A stretch of 63,491 nucleotides of DNA, the filler included, from Octopus bimaculoides (taxonomy: Eukaryota), in NCBI RefSeq assembly GCF_001194135.2. It is 5 parts of 4 records of this genome, joined end to end, with 100 filler letters (N's around TTAATTAATTAA, not from the genome) between each part and the next. Parts side by side here need not be neighbours in the genome. Positions count along the whole stretch, not along the records: positions 8,483 to 28,094 come from NC_069002.1; positions 28,195 to 46,184 come from NC_068985.1; 3 more parts are not named here. One strand, 5' to 3'. Under the pieces are notes generated by a model that saw only the letters and a program-made list of their open reading frames with translations, searched no databases and was not told the origin of the DNA. The position numbers were made by a program, and so were the translations under genes. Every line of letters starts with the position of its first letter. The first letter of the stretch is position 1. Below are positions 14,809-28,499 of the stretch, in pieces.

Positions 14809-15297
14809 TGTCACCATCTCTCTTTCTCTCCCTCTCTTTCTCTCTCTTTCTCTCCCTCTCTTTCTCTCTCTTTCTCTCCCTCTCTTTCTCTCTCTTTCTC
14901 TCTCTTACTATCTCTCTTCCTCCCTCCTTTAATGTCTTCTCCCTCCATTTTTCTCTTTCCTATTCGTAGCTTTTATAGATACGTGCTTCTCTNNNNNNNN
15001 NNNNNNNNNNNNNNCTTTCTCTCTCTTTCTCTCCCTCTCTTTCTCTCCCTCTCTTTCTCTCTCTTTCTCTCCCTCTCTTTCTCTCTCTTTCTCTCCCTCT
15101 CTTTCTCTCTCTTTCTCTCTCTTACTATCTCTCTTCCTCCCTCCTTTAATGTCTTCTCCCTCCATTTTTCTCTTTCCTATTCGTAGCTTTTATAGATACG
15201 TGCTTCTCTGACCTTTGTTTCCTTGCCTACACCTATTTTATTCTCATCTTAAACGCTTTGATCCTGTAACCATTAATAACGTTCTATCATTTATTCA

Positions 15298-15356
<59 letters not shown>

Positions 15357-15359
15357 TAT

Positions 15360-15499
15360 TTCAAATTCCGCCGAGATCGACTTTGCCTTTAATCTTTTCG
15401 GTGTCGATAAATTAAGTATCAGTGAAACACTGGGGTCGCTATAATCGACTAGTCCCCTACCAACAAACTTGAGACCATGTGCCTCGAGTAGAAGGGATT

Positions 15500-15500
<1 letters not shown>
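15360..15500 (+). mobile_element. 5'-truncated SINE family A
   Basis: tcaaattccgccgagatcgactttgcctttaatcttttcggtgtcgataaattaagtatcagtgaaacactggggtcg, followed by (ATT)n. Confidence 0.8.
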
Positions 15501-15550
<50 letters not shown>

Positions 15551-15552
<2 letters not shown>

Positions 15553-18500
15553 TCGTCAATCGACACGTGCTCACACATCACTGCGTAAGTTTTACTATTA
15601 TTCATATTGTTATACATTTTTTTACATTGTATATTTGTCATTGTTACTTAGTGGAAACAAACCAGGACCTTGGGGAACTGGTTGGTTCTTGCCCATTTGT
15701 AGCCCTTAGGCCTATTTTGGGTTTTGTTTGCGTTACAACGCTCTACTTTTATTTTTGCTACAATAAAAGATGGCGAACGAAAACCATCCGTCCGCTGAAA
15801 AGAATAGCGGGTTATCCGCAAGACAGAACAGCCAAGTTGACCAAGACAGCGACTCTTGCCACAACAACAGCAGCAGCATCAACAACAATAGCGCATGTGG
15901 AACGTATAAAAATGAAATCCCCTTGCTTCGTTCCTCCCCCTTACCACCGCAGAAAATTACAATCACCAACAGCTCAAGTGATAACACTACCATCTCCATC
16001 GCTACCACCAGTGCTAGCAGCAGTAGTAGTTGTAGTGGTAGCAACATCAACAATAAGAGAGGCAGTAACGGTAACAGCAGCACTGATTGCAATAATAACA
16101 ACAACAACAACAACGAGAGCAAATGTCAACAGCGCCAACCAAAGCAATGACACCAACAACAACAGTAGCAGCAGCAGCAGAAGTAGCAGCAGCAACAACA
16201 ACAACTATACCAATATTACCAACAACAAGGAAAAACTTTTGCGGAGGCAGCAGCCAAAATGAGACCACGATTCAGCCTAGACATCAAAAAGACAAAAAGT
16301 TGGCCCAAACCTGGAAACTCATCAAACACGACCGAACCTGGGCCAACCTAACTATTCCAGCTAATGCCATCGAAGAAGTGGGAAGACGAACGGTGCATTT
16401 TAGATACATCTCAGCAGAGTCGAAGAAATCGGCCTTAGTAGCACAAAGAGATATGGTAGTTGCGCTGGGATGTATCAGGGACGACACCGAGTACGGGACC
16501 ATTTCGTGCTTTTAAATTCAGAAGCCCTCGCTATGAAGCACTCACTGACCGCTTGCAAAACCAGCAAGGTCATAATGTACCCATACCATATGGGGGAAAA
16601 CAGCACATGTCCGCATTCCTAGGATTCTAGCAGGACTTGAAATGCGGTGGCTTTTGGGATGCGTCATCGAGCAAAGGTCAGATACCGTTCCCGATAGAAG
16701 TGACAAAGACTGCCAGGAAGGACAGGTCCGGGGTGGATTTGGAGATACTTCTCCAGATCAGGATAGAAAATATAAAAAGAATCACGGACCACATCCGTCT
16801 CCAAAACGGAGAGTAATACACATAATGACTGAAGGCAAAAGGCTATATTGTTTCGTTTGTGGAGAAATAACCCATTTGCGAGCCTTCTGCCCTGATCAAA
16901 GGTGCAAGGGATCGAGGGTCTTCACTGCTGCCTACCCCGGGGTAAGGACCACAAACAACACTAGAAGGCTGCATTGTCAGAGCTAAGGTGCATGCACCGA
17001 GAAACGAAGGGACCAAAGTTTTTCGATGGGCCTGCGTGACGGAAATTCAGCGTTGTAACAAAACTACAATTTAGTCTTTGACGAACGGAGACGGATACAT
17101 GCTGCATGATTTCAGCCCAGTACTTTGCTCAGTTGTTTGGAGTGAGGGGCGAGTCACAGACGGTAGCATATTTCAGTCCCGACCTGGACGGCTTGCATTG
17201 AGCGCCGCGAAAAGCAGATAACTTCAGACGAAATCCAGGATGCCCTTGCCTGTTGCACGAGGTGGAAGTCACTCGGTTGGGATGGTCTGTCTTACGAGCT
17301 TTACGTAAATATGCCAGACTTGTTCTCCGATCTCCTCGAAGCGCCCTACACCAACTGGCAGCAGAACGGGAGTATTTCCAGTTTTGTGAGCCGGGGCGTA
17401 GTGAGGCTGATAAGGAAAGACGAAAGCAATAAGGATACGTTAGATAACGTCAGTCCTATAATTCTACTCAGCACACAGTTTAAGATTTTAGCCAAGGAGT
17501 TACTGAAGAGGTTGAAGCTTGTCTTCCAGGAGTTGGTTGGGGAGGCGCAACCCTCTGCAATCCCGACCTGATCCATACACGACAAACTCCACCTTATGCG
17601 ATACATCATAGAAAGGGTAGGGTGTAAACCTGGCTTCGGTGGAGCTCTGATTAATTTAGATCAATCGAAAGCATTCGATAGTGTCGACCATCGGTACCTG
17701 GAGGCTGTCCTCAAAGCAGCTGGCTTAGACCCCAATTTAAGATGTTCGATCGCCGCAATGCACAATGGCATATGCTCGGTGGTCAAAATTAATGGCCACC
17801 TCTCGGAACCGTTTCAGATCTCCCGATCGCTCCGTCAAGGGTGCTCTCTCTCCTCCCTTCATTATGTATTGACTCTTGCGCCTTTACTGTGGAAGCTGGA
17901 GCTGCTGCAGAGCACCCCGCTCGAACCAGGACGCAACAGGGCTGTGTCGGCTTATGCGGACGACATCACCGTGATGGTGTCGGACACCATTAGTAGGCGG
18001 CCATAACTGAAGGAATATGAAAAGTTGACGGGAGCGAAACTTAACCCGGAAAAGCCGGTGGGCAGCGGATCCAGACTTGGACAGAAATCCCTCGTTTGGC
18101 AGCGCTACCGGAGGGCACTGCCGGTTAGAGATAAACTCTAGAGGCACGGAAGTTCTGTCNNNNNNNNNNNNNNNNNNNNNNNNNNNNNNNNNNNNNNNNN
18201 NNNNNNNNNNNNNNNNNNNNNNNNNNNNNNNNNNNNNNNNNNNNNNNNNNNNNNNNNNNNNNNNNNNNNNNNNNNNNNNNNNNNNNNNNNNNNNNNNNNN
18301 NNNNNNNNNNNNNNNNNNNNNNNNNNNNNNNNNNNNNNNNNNNNNNNNNNNNNNNNNNNNNNNNNNNNNNNNNNNNNNNNNNNNNNNNNNNNNNNNNNNN
18401 NNNNNNNNNNNNNNNNNNNNNNNNNNNNNNNNNNNNNNNNNNNNNNNNNNNNNNNNNNNNNNNNNNNNNNNNNNNNNNNNNNNNNNNNNNNNNNNNNNNN

Positions 18501-18896
18501 NNNNNNNNNNNNNNNNNNNNNNNNNNNNNNNNNNNNNNNNNNNNNNNNNNNNNNNNNNNNNNNNNNNNNNNNNNNNATTTGCTAAAAAGTGGGTAAAAAT
18601 ATTAAAAATGGCCCCTGTGATTGGGTCTGCTCTAATAATTCCCTTCTTGGCTGGTGAATTTGAGGAGGAGAGGGCTACCCTTCGCCAGTGCCCTCGAAGT
18701 GTCAGGTGGTTCATTATTGGAGGGGCACCTGAACCAATCCAGGGTGGTTAGGGATTTTTCATTCTTATAATTTTCTTGTTTAATGTGCATCGTTGTTTCT
18801 TTCCTAATTGTTTACTCGTTGTTTTGTGTTAAAACATCACTGTCCCCGTCTACTGTATTGTCCCCTATATATCGGCTCTGGTGGTCAATAAATAAG
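15551..18896 (+). mobile_element. Tx1/L1-clade LINE, near full length but degenerate and internally deleted
   Basis: ORF1 fragments with low-complexity N-terminus and CCHC knuckle CFVCGEITHLRAFC (16849-16890). RT motifs LDQSKAFDSVDH, LRQGCSLS, AYADDITV. C-terminal FAKKWVKILKMA, 3' UTR with AATAAA at 18887, then (ATT)n. Confidence 0.85.
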
Positions 18897-19043
<147 letters not shown>

Positions 19044-19044
19044 G

Positions 19045-20045
19045 AGTGAGAGAGCAGTGCATGCTCTCCAAGTCTCACACAGTGTCCTCAAGACACAAGT
19101 TAGATGTTGAAGTGGTGTTATGACCAGGGTGCCATATATTTGGTTTTGCAAAGATTATTATTCTGGAGAATGTCTGTCAAAACAAGTAAATTAGAAGTTT
19201 GTTTTAAAAGTAATTTAATAAGATGATAGTCTGTTAACGTGACAGACAGTAAAAGGTGTTGCTGTTATGCACTTTTAAAAGTATCTTGACACTCTTTACG
19301 GATTAACATATTTTTGAGATTACGTAGACAATATTTTACGTAGGATAAGGGTAATTCCCATGCGCACTATTTTTTAAATGTCTTCCATTTTTGGATTCCC
19401 TAGTATCTGAGCTAGGTAGCAATCAGCCCCTTTTGCTATCATTCCTATGACAACATGTATTGTTTTATTCTTGAGGTTCCCTATTTTTCCTGTTTCTATT
19501 TCAAGATCCTTATATTTACTGTTTTTGGTAGGTCTTGACAGATACATTTATGTCAATTGAAAGAGCCATATCGATGCTATACTAAATATACTCAAACATT
19601 CAGCTATCCATGAGTGTGGGATCATGTTTATTACGTACCTACATTCGGGTTAGCTCTATTTCCAACTTCTCCATTTCTTTTAGAGAAACAATGTTATCTG
19701 TTGGTATTGATACATCAATTAGAAAGAATTTTTTTCTTGGCGATTTATGGCAATTATATCCAGCCTATTAGCTTTAATTTCTCTATCTGTGTGTATTGGC
19801 ATATCCCAGAGTATGGTTACTTTCTCATTTTCTATGACCTTGGCTGGCGTGTGCCTTTACCATCTTTTTTTTTCTGTTGTTATTCCATGGTGTTGGCATA
19901 ACTTCCAGTGTATATAGGTCCCAACTCAGTCGTGTCTTTGAATATATTCCTTCTTAGCCAGGACTGGGCAGCCAGAGACAATACGGTTTATTGTTTCTTG
20001 TCCATCTCCACATATTCTACAATTACTTGTATTTCTCTTCATTAC
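19045..20045 (-). mobile_element. Dong/R4-like LINE 3' end (RLE domain and 3' UTR), degenerate
   Basis: The minus strand encodes LAAQSWLRRNIFRHD*VGTYIHWKLCQHHGIT...KVTILWDMPIHTDREIKANRLDI. Homologous to 31842-32362; flanked by (ATT)n and (GTT)n. Confidence 0.8.
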
Positions 20046-20054
20046 ATGTTATTA

Positions 20055-20115
<61 letters not shown>

Positions 20116-20789
20116 GGTAGGTGTTGTTATTGTTATTATTATCAATGATATTCTTATTTTTGAAAATCATTATTACAATTATTATAAGGGTTATTGAAAT
20201 CGTCATCGACATTATCTTCATTTCCTCTCATTATGGCTGATATTCATGCTGTTATATTCACTGCTAATGTCCTTATAATAGCGCCAACAATTTTTCTTTT
20301 GTCAGGAACAGAGATAAAAGTTGGTTTTAACTGGCGTTTTATTCTAATTTATACCACCACGACCACCACCACCACCACCACCACACCACTACCACCACCA
20401 CCATCACCACCACCACACCACTACCACCACCACCATCACCGCAACCACCTACATAATATCCACCACTGAGATCAACACCATATCAACAATAATCAACTAC
20501 AGTTTACTTGTAATTTAACACTTCATTTTATCACTGATGTTCAGAAGCTAGGAACATATCAGCCTCACCGTCACTCTTACCACCATCATTCCACCCAACG
20601 TCATCACCATCATCATCATTGTCGTCGTCGTCGTCATCGTCATCATCCTCATTATCATTTGGTAAAGGATGTTAGAAATTGTAATCACTGGAAAGACAGT
20701 TGCTTCTTGGTAAACCCGAACCACCCACCGAACATCCGTCCAGCAAAGCCCAGAGCAGAATATTGCAAAGGAATACAAGAATCTATGAA

Positions 20790-21639
20790 TACGAGTTGTG
20801 TTCAAAATGTATCGGCCAAAACTAATGTCACATGGGCAAAATTCTTTAGTTGGGAGGTGGTGCCACACCTGTGCATGCATGAAAATGTTCGATCCTGTTG
20901 TCAGAGTCAGTTCCCAGCTGATAAGCCTAGCGTCCATATGTGTAATGCGACCACGTCAGATTCTCATTTTTACACAAGATGACTAAACACATCAAGCAGG
21001 GACCATGAACCCATCACCAGGGATTCCGGTCTTCATGTCGTGGTTTTCACAGTCCAGCATGCCCTGAGCTTTATACACGCGGAGCCGATTATAATGCAGA
21101 TGAATTTCGCCGACACTCTCCGCATGGACAAATCCTTCGTTAAAATGGCATACACTGACTCTGTGCTTATTCCCACTTTGTGAGCAATTTCTTGATTCGT
21201 TACAAAACAATTCGCCGAACCTTGTCAATCAGCTCCTCGTTTCGGCTTGTGGATGCTCTGCCTGAGCCTGCTTCAAGTTCCACTGAGATGCAGCCATGCT
21301 TCTAGTGGTTGTACCACTATTTGATCTGAGTTTTGCCCATTGCATCATCGCAAAAATTCTATTGAATTTTTGGGTGGTTTGAATTCGTGTATCACCAAGC
21401 TTTAGTAAAACTTGATGCAATATCTATGCTCGATGCGTACGGTGGAAAGGAAAATCCGACGAGCGTGCCTTACATGACTGTACTCTAAGCGGGAAATGAC
21501 ATGGCCTACCGGAGTGAAAATTCTTATGCATGTGCAGAAAGGGTGATGTCACCCCACCCCCACTCAAAGAATTTTGTTCATGCGGCATTAGTTTTGGTGG
21601 GAAAATATAAAATTGGATACTCCTTGAACGCATCTCGTA
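20790..21639 (-). mobile_element. Mariner-derived element carrying two convergent 5' ends
   Basis: Left tacgagttgtgttcaaaatgtatc; right end (revcomp) tacgagatgcgttcaaggagtatcc. The minus strand encodes degenerate transposase CIKF...SGRASTSRNEELIDKV...QEIAHKVGISTESVYAILTKDLSMRRVSAKF...GDGSW. Confidence 0.8.
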
Positions 21640-22862
21640 AAAGAGATTACAACGACGATTGAAGAATAGAATATTCTAGAGATAGTAAATAACAGAGTAA
21701 AAGTGAAAAATATTTAATGTCCACAGAAGGTCTTCCAATAGAGCATTGATAGCAACTTAAAAAATATACTTTAAGTATGAAATAATATGGAATAAGATTC
21801 TGTCATATTGGTGGCTTGAAAGTTCTTTGAGGCCGCCTTCTTTGATGGAGGCGATGAAAACATACTGGAATAGGAACCTTTAGAAGTTTTACTAGCTTTC
21901 CGTAATCTTGTGATGCTATTTCTCTCAAGTCATTGATATATGGCTACATAATCGCCTGGAGATAGTTTGCCAAGGGTTTACACAGAACCTGTCGTTACTG
22001 ACGACAGGCAAAACTGCTGTTTCACTATTTTAAATGTTTAAATGAGTTTTATCATTTAAGGCTTTCCCTGATCCTGGTCTTTCTACCGGCATTTTATGGA
22101 CGCAGAAAAGACTTCAAATCTGTCCTTGCTTATAGTGCTAACTTCTCCAGGAACTATAGACCATTATTTCTCCTCTCAGTGGTCATTCAGCTTCATATAT
22201 ATAAGTATACATACTCAACTTAAGTACCATATGGGTGAATGAGTAGATGGGTGAATGGATGGGTGAATGGGTGGATGGCGCAATGACTGGTATATATGTA
22301 TATGTACTCATGTAAACATATCTTTCTCTGAAGCTATACGGTGTAGATTCTGAACAGGAGTTATTTCCCTTACAAAGTTACCTCCCATGGTTTATATTTC
22401 TCTTTTTGATTACCAGCGTAAAATGAATACTTGTTTCGCCTGTCTGTTGTCTGCGCCTGTCTCAGTCGTTGTCTTTCTATATTTCTCAGTCTTATTTGTT
22501 TCTCTCTCTTTCCTCCCTTTTTCCACGCATTCATACACTCTGTGTATCACTATATATACACACGCCTAGCTGTATGCTAACACATTTAGTGACAATATCT
22601 GTCATTCTCTTGAATTTAGATGTTGTGAACTTTACATTATCCATTACTGTCTCTATACAAATACATAAATCCACTGAAACTCACTCCTCTTGCTTTGTAA
22701 AGTCAATATTTTATCCATTCTGATGTGTATAAGTATTAATACACGCATACATTAGCGTAATGTTCTCCTAATAACTACCTACCTACCTACCTACCTACCT
22801 ACATACCTACATACCTACATACATACATACAATACCTGCGTACATGAGCGTGTATGTGTATG

Positions 22863-22903
<41 letters not shown>

Positions 22904-24879
22904 NNNNNNNNNNNNNNNNNNNNNNNNNNNNNNNNNNNNNNNNNNNNNNNNNNNNNNNNNNNNNNNNNNNNNNNNNNNNNNNNNNNNNNNNNNNNNNNNN
23001 NNNNNNNNNNNNNNNNNNNNNNNNNNNNNNNNNNNNNNNNNNNNNNNNNNNNNNNNNNNNNNNNNNNNNNNNNNNNNNNNNNNNNNNNNNNNNNNNNNNN
23101 NNNNNNNNNNNNNNNNNNNNNNNNNNNNNNNNNNNNNNNNNNNNNNNNNNNNNNNNNNNNNNNNNNNNNNNNNNNNNNNNNNNNNNNNNNNNNNNNNNNN
23201 NNNNNNNNNNNNNNNNNNNNNNNNNNNNNNNNNNNNNNNNNNNNNNNNNNNNNNNNNNNNNNNNNNNNNNNNNNNNNNNNNNNNNNNNNNNNNNNNNNNN
23301 NNNNNNNNNNNNNNNNNNNNNNNNNNNNNNNNNNNNNNNNNNNNNNNNNNNNNNNNNNNNNNNNNNNNNNNNNNNNNNNNNNNNNNNNNNNNNNNNNNNN
23401 NNNNNNNNNNNNNNNNNNNNNNNNNNNNNNNNNNNNNNNNNNNNNNNNNNNNNNNNNNNNNNNNNNNNNNNNNNNNNNNNNNNNNNNNNNNNNNNNNNNN
23501 NNNNNNNNNNNNNNNNNNNNNNNNNNNNNNNNNNNNNNNNNNNNNNNNNNNNNNNNNNNNNNNNNNNNNNNNNNNNNNNNNNNNNNNNNNNNNNNNNNNN
23601 NNNNNNNNNNNNNNNNNNNNNNNNNNNNNNNNNNNNNNNNNNNNNNNNNNNNNNNNNNNNNNNNNNNNNNNNNNNNNNNNNNNNNNNNNNNNNNNNNNNN
23701 NNNNNNNNNNNNNNNNNNNNNNNNNNNNNNNNNNNNNNNNNNNNNNNNNNNNNNNNNNNNNNNNNNNNNTATATATATACACGTATATATAAACGTATAT
23801 ATATATATACGTATATATATATACGTATATATGCATGTATATATATACATACATACATAATACATATATATATATATACATGCATAAGCATACATAAGCA
23901 TACATATACACACTCACGTACGTACGTATTCTATGTATGTATGTACGTATGTATGTATGTATGTATGTATGTATGTAGGTAGGTAGGTAGGTAGGTAGGC
24001 AGGCAGGTAAGTGTGTGTGTGTGTGCGTGTGTGTGTGTATATATATCTATCTATCTATATCTATATATATATATATATGTATTATTTTTATTAAATAAAG
24101 CATATTACTCTACCTCTGGTATTTGAGTACTCTATTTTCCACCTTGTTGCACATTTTATGTGCTTACTCCGGTATATATATATGTATGTATATATGTAGC
24201 TTTTCTCCTTCTTTGAACGGCCACACCTCGAATACTGCTGCCCCCTGCGGTCTCATACAAAACAAAGCCTCTTGAAGTTATTTGAGTTCCTGTTGTCTTT
24301 CTTTTTACCACCACAGTAATCTCCCTTCCTTTTTGGAGCCTACACACGTCCATTAACGACACATTTTCCAATCGAGAATAAAATAAAAATTATTTCAACA
24401 TCCGAGTCATTTTAGTAATTTATTTATTTAGTTCAGGAAACCGAAGTTTCTAGAAATATTTCTATGCTTTATTGAAAATATATACAAAGTTTATTTTGTA
24501 GGTGATTAAAATGATTGAAGTTGTCATTGGTCCTCTCTTCATATTTTTTTTAAATACCAGCATCAAAAATCGAGGTTTTGTTGAGAAAAACTCGATTCAT
24601 ATTGAACACATCTTAAACCTGAAATGGACTGAGGGGAAGCTCGGATGAAAGCTAATCGAGTAAAAATCGTTTCTGATTTAGGCGAAAGGCGAACAGGTTT
24701 TAGGAGAAAGGGTCGTCGTTAGTATCGACCCAGAACATGACTGGTACTTCATATCGAGCGCAGATGGATAAAAGACCAAACTGAGCCAGCGAGGACTGGA
24801 ACTGACAACGTAATATATAATAAAATGTTTCTATAACATATATAGAAAGCTTTCGCTCATGGGAGACAACTTAGCTCAA

Positions 24880-25680
24880 ATATTCTTTTCTACATGTAAC
24901 ACGAGGCCTGGTATTTGGTGGAGCGGGTAGGATCGATAAAATCGACCCCAGTATTCAATTTGTACATATTTTATTGAATCCGAAAGGATGAAAAACAAAG
25001 TCGACCTCAGCACAATTTGAATCGAGAGCATAAAGACGAGCAAAATGCCGCTAAGCATTTTGTCCGGTGGTGGGATTAGATCTCCTTTTGTCCGGTGGTG
25101 GGATTAGATCTCATTTTGTCCGGTGGTGTGCTAACTGACAATTTGCCGCCTAAATTTAACTTTTTCGATTGGTTTAAAATTTTGTACAGAAGAAAGGTCA
25201 AGTCGATTATATCGATTTCGTGGTCAACTTGTATTTATTTTATTGACCCCGAAAGGCAACGTCGACCTCGGAGGCTTCTGAAAGCATAAAGACGGACAAA
25301 ATGCCACTAAACTGTTTGACCGACGTGTTAGTTCGCTGTTTGAGTTAAATAATTGAATTGTTACAGTTTAACAAAAAACGTTTTAAAATCGTATTTTTCA
25401 TTTGCATTTCTGCCGAGTTGACTATCATTATTCCAGTCACCTCCAGGATCTGATTATGGGATTAGATCTCATTGATAGTGTAATTTCATCAAGGCGACTA
25501 GCTGGTAGAAACGTAAGCACGCTGAACGAAATGCTTAGCGGTATTTCGTATGTCCTTACTTTCTGAGTTCAAATTCCACCGAGGTCGACTTTACCTTTCA
25601 TCCCTTCGGGGACGATATATTAAGTATCAGTTGCCCCCTCCCACTAAATTTCGGGCCTTGTGCCTATACCAGAAGAGGAT
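24880..25680. mobile_element. Cluster of degenerate SINE family A copies in both orientations
   Basis: Core motifs at ~24940-25060 (-), ~25150-25340 (-) and ~25490-25680 (+); includes a 29-bp tandem duplication at 25060-25130. Confidence 0.7.
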
Positions 25681-27049
25681 ATTTTATTTCATCAACAACC
25701 ACAGAATAATACCAAGTAAAGTTCTATTAACCGGAATTTGAACTTCGATAAAATGAGCACCAGTCCGAGGGAAATCGTTTCAGTAGCATTTCTGCTGTTC
25801 TCTCGTACGCTTTGGTCTTTTTTTGAAACATTCCAGCGTTCTCATCTCGATCCTCATCTGACCCTCCATTCACTCAACTGTCTCTTCTAGTTGCTCTCAT
25901 CCCTTTTTTTAAACTTCAAGAGTGGTTGCATTTTGAAGTGACCCAGTTATTCTTCCAATATGGCCGAACTTCCATCAAATTCTTTGTCTTATGTTTCCAT
26001 ACTTTTTCTCTCTTTCCAACCATTCTTGTACGTTGCTCAGAGATAGAGAGTGACTCACTGGTTGGTCAGGTTCTTGCATTAAGACCAACACTTCTGCCAA
26101 ATCAGCTCCTCTTTTATACAAATATTTCCATCTCAATGGTTAACGCTATACTCGTGTCTCACACCCACATAATACAATGTTTATAACCCACCTTCACATA
26201 TTGCTAACCTTCCTTTCTTCATCACAAATCCACTTCACATTGCCTCCTTAGTTGTTTATACAAACGTTTGCCCTTATTTTCTTTTATTTAATTTCATTCT
26301 TCTGCCTTTAATTCTTCGGGATTCTTTCTGTCATTTTCTTTTGTTTGTTCTTCATTCTTGTCGTCACTAATTCTTTATCCTTTTTTCATTTCATTTCTTT
26401 TTTCTTTCATTTCATTTCCTTCTTTCTTTCTTCTAACTTTCTTCCTTGCTTCCTTTCTTTCATTCTTTCTTTCTTTCTTTCTGTTTTTTTTTTCTTTTCT
26501 GGTCCTTCTTTCTCTTTATATATCCGATCGTCATGTATTCACTCTCAGTTCGTCCTTGAAATAAATTCCTTCTTCACTCAATCCGTTTCATTTTTGTCCT
26601 TGTATCAAACATTTCCGTTCTGTTTCCCTCCAACTCTTCATTTATTCTCCCAAATAATTTTTAATTCCACTTCCTCTCTCTCTCAACTATTTATATCTAT
26701 AAAAGATCGAGTTGGAAATAGTACAGAAGTAAGTCTAAGACATTTCAGTTTGAGAGGGAATTTGATAAAAAATTGTTAAAATTTATATAAAGAAAATATT
26801 ACTGGTTTCAATGATGAATCTCATCTTATCAAATATCAGTAAAAATTTATAAAAATTGTCTGGGGTCAAGAACATTTCTTGAGATTTTTCGTTGAAGTCT
26901 TCTTTAAATATAGTTTGGTATAGGGTTCAAACTAGTACCCTTGAACTAATTGTGATTCTGGGATCTTCGAATTCGGCATTTTTCCTAACACTTTACAAAT
27001 TAATTCACTAGATGTTAGATCTGGCTGCTTCTTACTCACTACATCTTCT

Positions 27050-28094
27050 CACCACTTTTTTAACCATATAGTACCTCCATTATGATTGACTGGTTTATCC
27101 TAAATATTACTACAGAACTTTCTAGTTTCTTCTGCATTAGGTTTCTCATCTTCAGTACTTCGTTTTCCACTATTTATATGTTTATAAAATCTCCTCTGGT
27201 CTGTCGCAAATAATCTATTCTCTTGATACTGATTTATTCTTTTCTTATATCTGGAGAGCTTGTCTGCTACTGCTATGATACGCAGTTTCAACTCTTGCAT
27301 TACTATCACAAATCCTTTCTCTTTGACTAAGCATCTTTCCTCGAGGGAAGATTTGCATCTTGTATTTCCTAACTTGTTCAGTTTCCAGGCTTCTATTCTA
27401 CTCAGATCTTGTCTTAAAGTTTTCGCTTTACTTTGTAGTCTCCTTTTCCACATTTGCGCTTTCCCTGTGAGATTTATGGCATCTATTCTCCTGATAACAA
27501 TCTATTTTCCTAGTCATTTCTTGTAGCTTCCTTTTGTTGGTATTTTTTAATTATGACAATCTTTTTATTACCTCTTTACTCATTACTTCCTGCAAATCAT
27601 CTTTTGATTTTCCTCATTTAAATCACTTAAGTCGTTGGTGCCCGTTGTCCCTTCCTTATTGGTAGCACTAGTATTATTTTTTCCTTTAGGTTATTATTAT
27701 TGTCATTGTTCAGTAGTTTTATTTTTATAACGCGCTTTCACTTCACTACCGAGCGCAGCTCTGTGTGCCTTGGGTATGTGCTGTGGTTTGCTGTGATGCT
27801 CTTATGGTTACTGTATTGAAAGTGTTTTGCGTAGGATGTGTGCAGTGCCCAGTAGTGCAATTTTCGGTATGTTATATATATTTGTAAGTCCTGGTGTTTT
27901 TGTTATGCATTTGTCTGAATATTATTATTATTATTATTTTATGTTTGACTTTTGTTTTGCATTTGTACAAGTTGGATCCAAGTCTCACCCAGAGACCTCA
28001 AGAGACAACAAGTTAGAAGTTCATGTAGGTGTTATGCCTAGGGTACCATATATTTGTATTTGTACAGTTTTGTTCTAGTGAATGTTTAAGAAAC
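27050..28094 (-). mobile_element. Three stacked Dong/R4-like LINE pieces separated by (ATT)n
   Basis: 27100-27453 WKRRLQ...LRQDLSRI...NQYQENRLFATDQRRFYK (pre-RT region). 27715-27925 is a 3' end near-identical to 32160-32362. 27940-28094 is another 3' end similar to 19050-19150. Confidence 0.8.
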
Positions 28095-28194
28095 NNNNNN
28101 NNNNNNNNNNNNNNNNNNNNNNNNNNNNNNNNNNNNNNTTAATTAATTAANNNNNNNNNNNNNNNNNNNNNNNNNNNNNNNNNNNNNNNNNNNN

Positions 28195-28232
<38 letters not shown>

Positions 28233-28269
28233 ATATATGTGCGCGCGCGTGTGTGCATGTGTGCACGCG

Positions 28270-28485
28270 CGGGCGGCGTGTTCGTGTTTGTGGCCACCAC
28301 CGCTTGACAATCGGAGTTGTCTTGTTTACGTCTCCGTAACTTAGCCGTTCGGCAAAAGAAAATGACAACAATACTTGGCTTGTAAAATAAGTATTGGGGT
28401 CGATTTGTTCTACTAAAGCCTTAAAGGCGGTGCATGACGCCAGCATGGTCGCAGTCCAATGAGTGAAACAACTAAAAGATTAATT
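28270..28485 (+). mobile_element. 3' part of SINE family B
   Basis: cgcttgacaatcgg...cgtaacttagccgttcggcaaaag...ggggtcgatttgttc...cagcatggtcgcagtccaatgagtgaaacaa. The same tail occurs inverted at 4525-4590, 47700-47900 and 53700-53850. Confidence 0.7.
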
Positions 28486-28499
28486 ATAAAAACAGAGTC

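Noticed and set aside
14821-15208. ~170-bp direct repeat around a small gap (similarly 34374-34503)
   Set aside because: Identical sequence on both sides of a short N run indicates unmerged contig overlap.
15770-16515. N/S/Q-rich ORFs as a host prion-like protein
   Set aside because: They are collinear with the zinc knuckle and RT of the Tx1-like LINE, so they are its degenerate ORF1.
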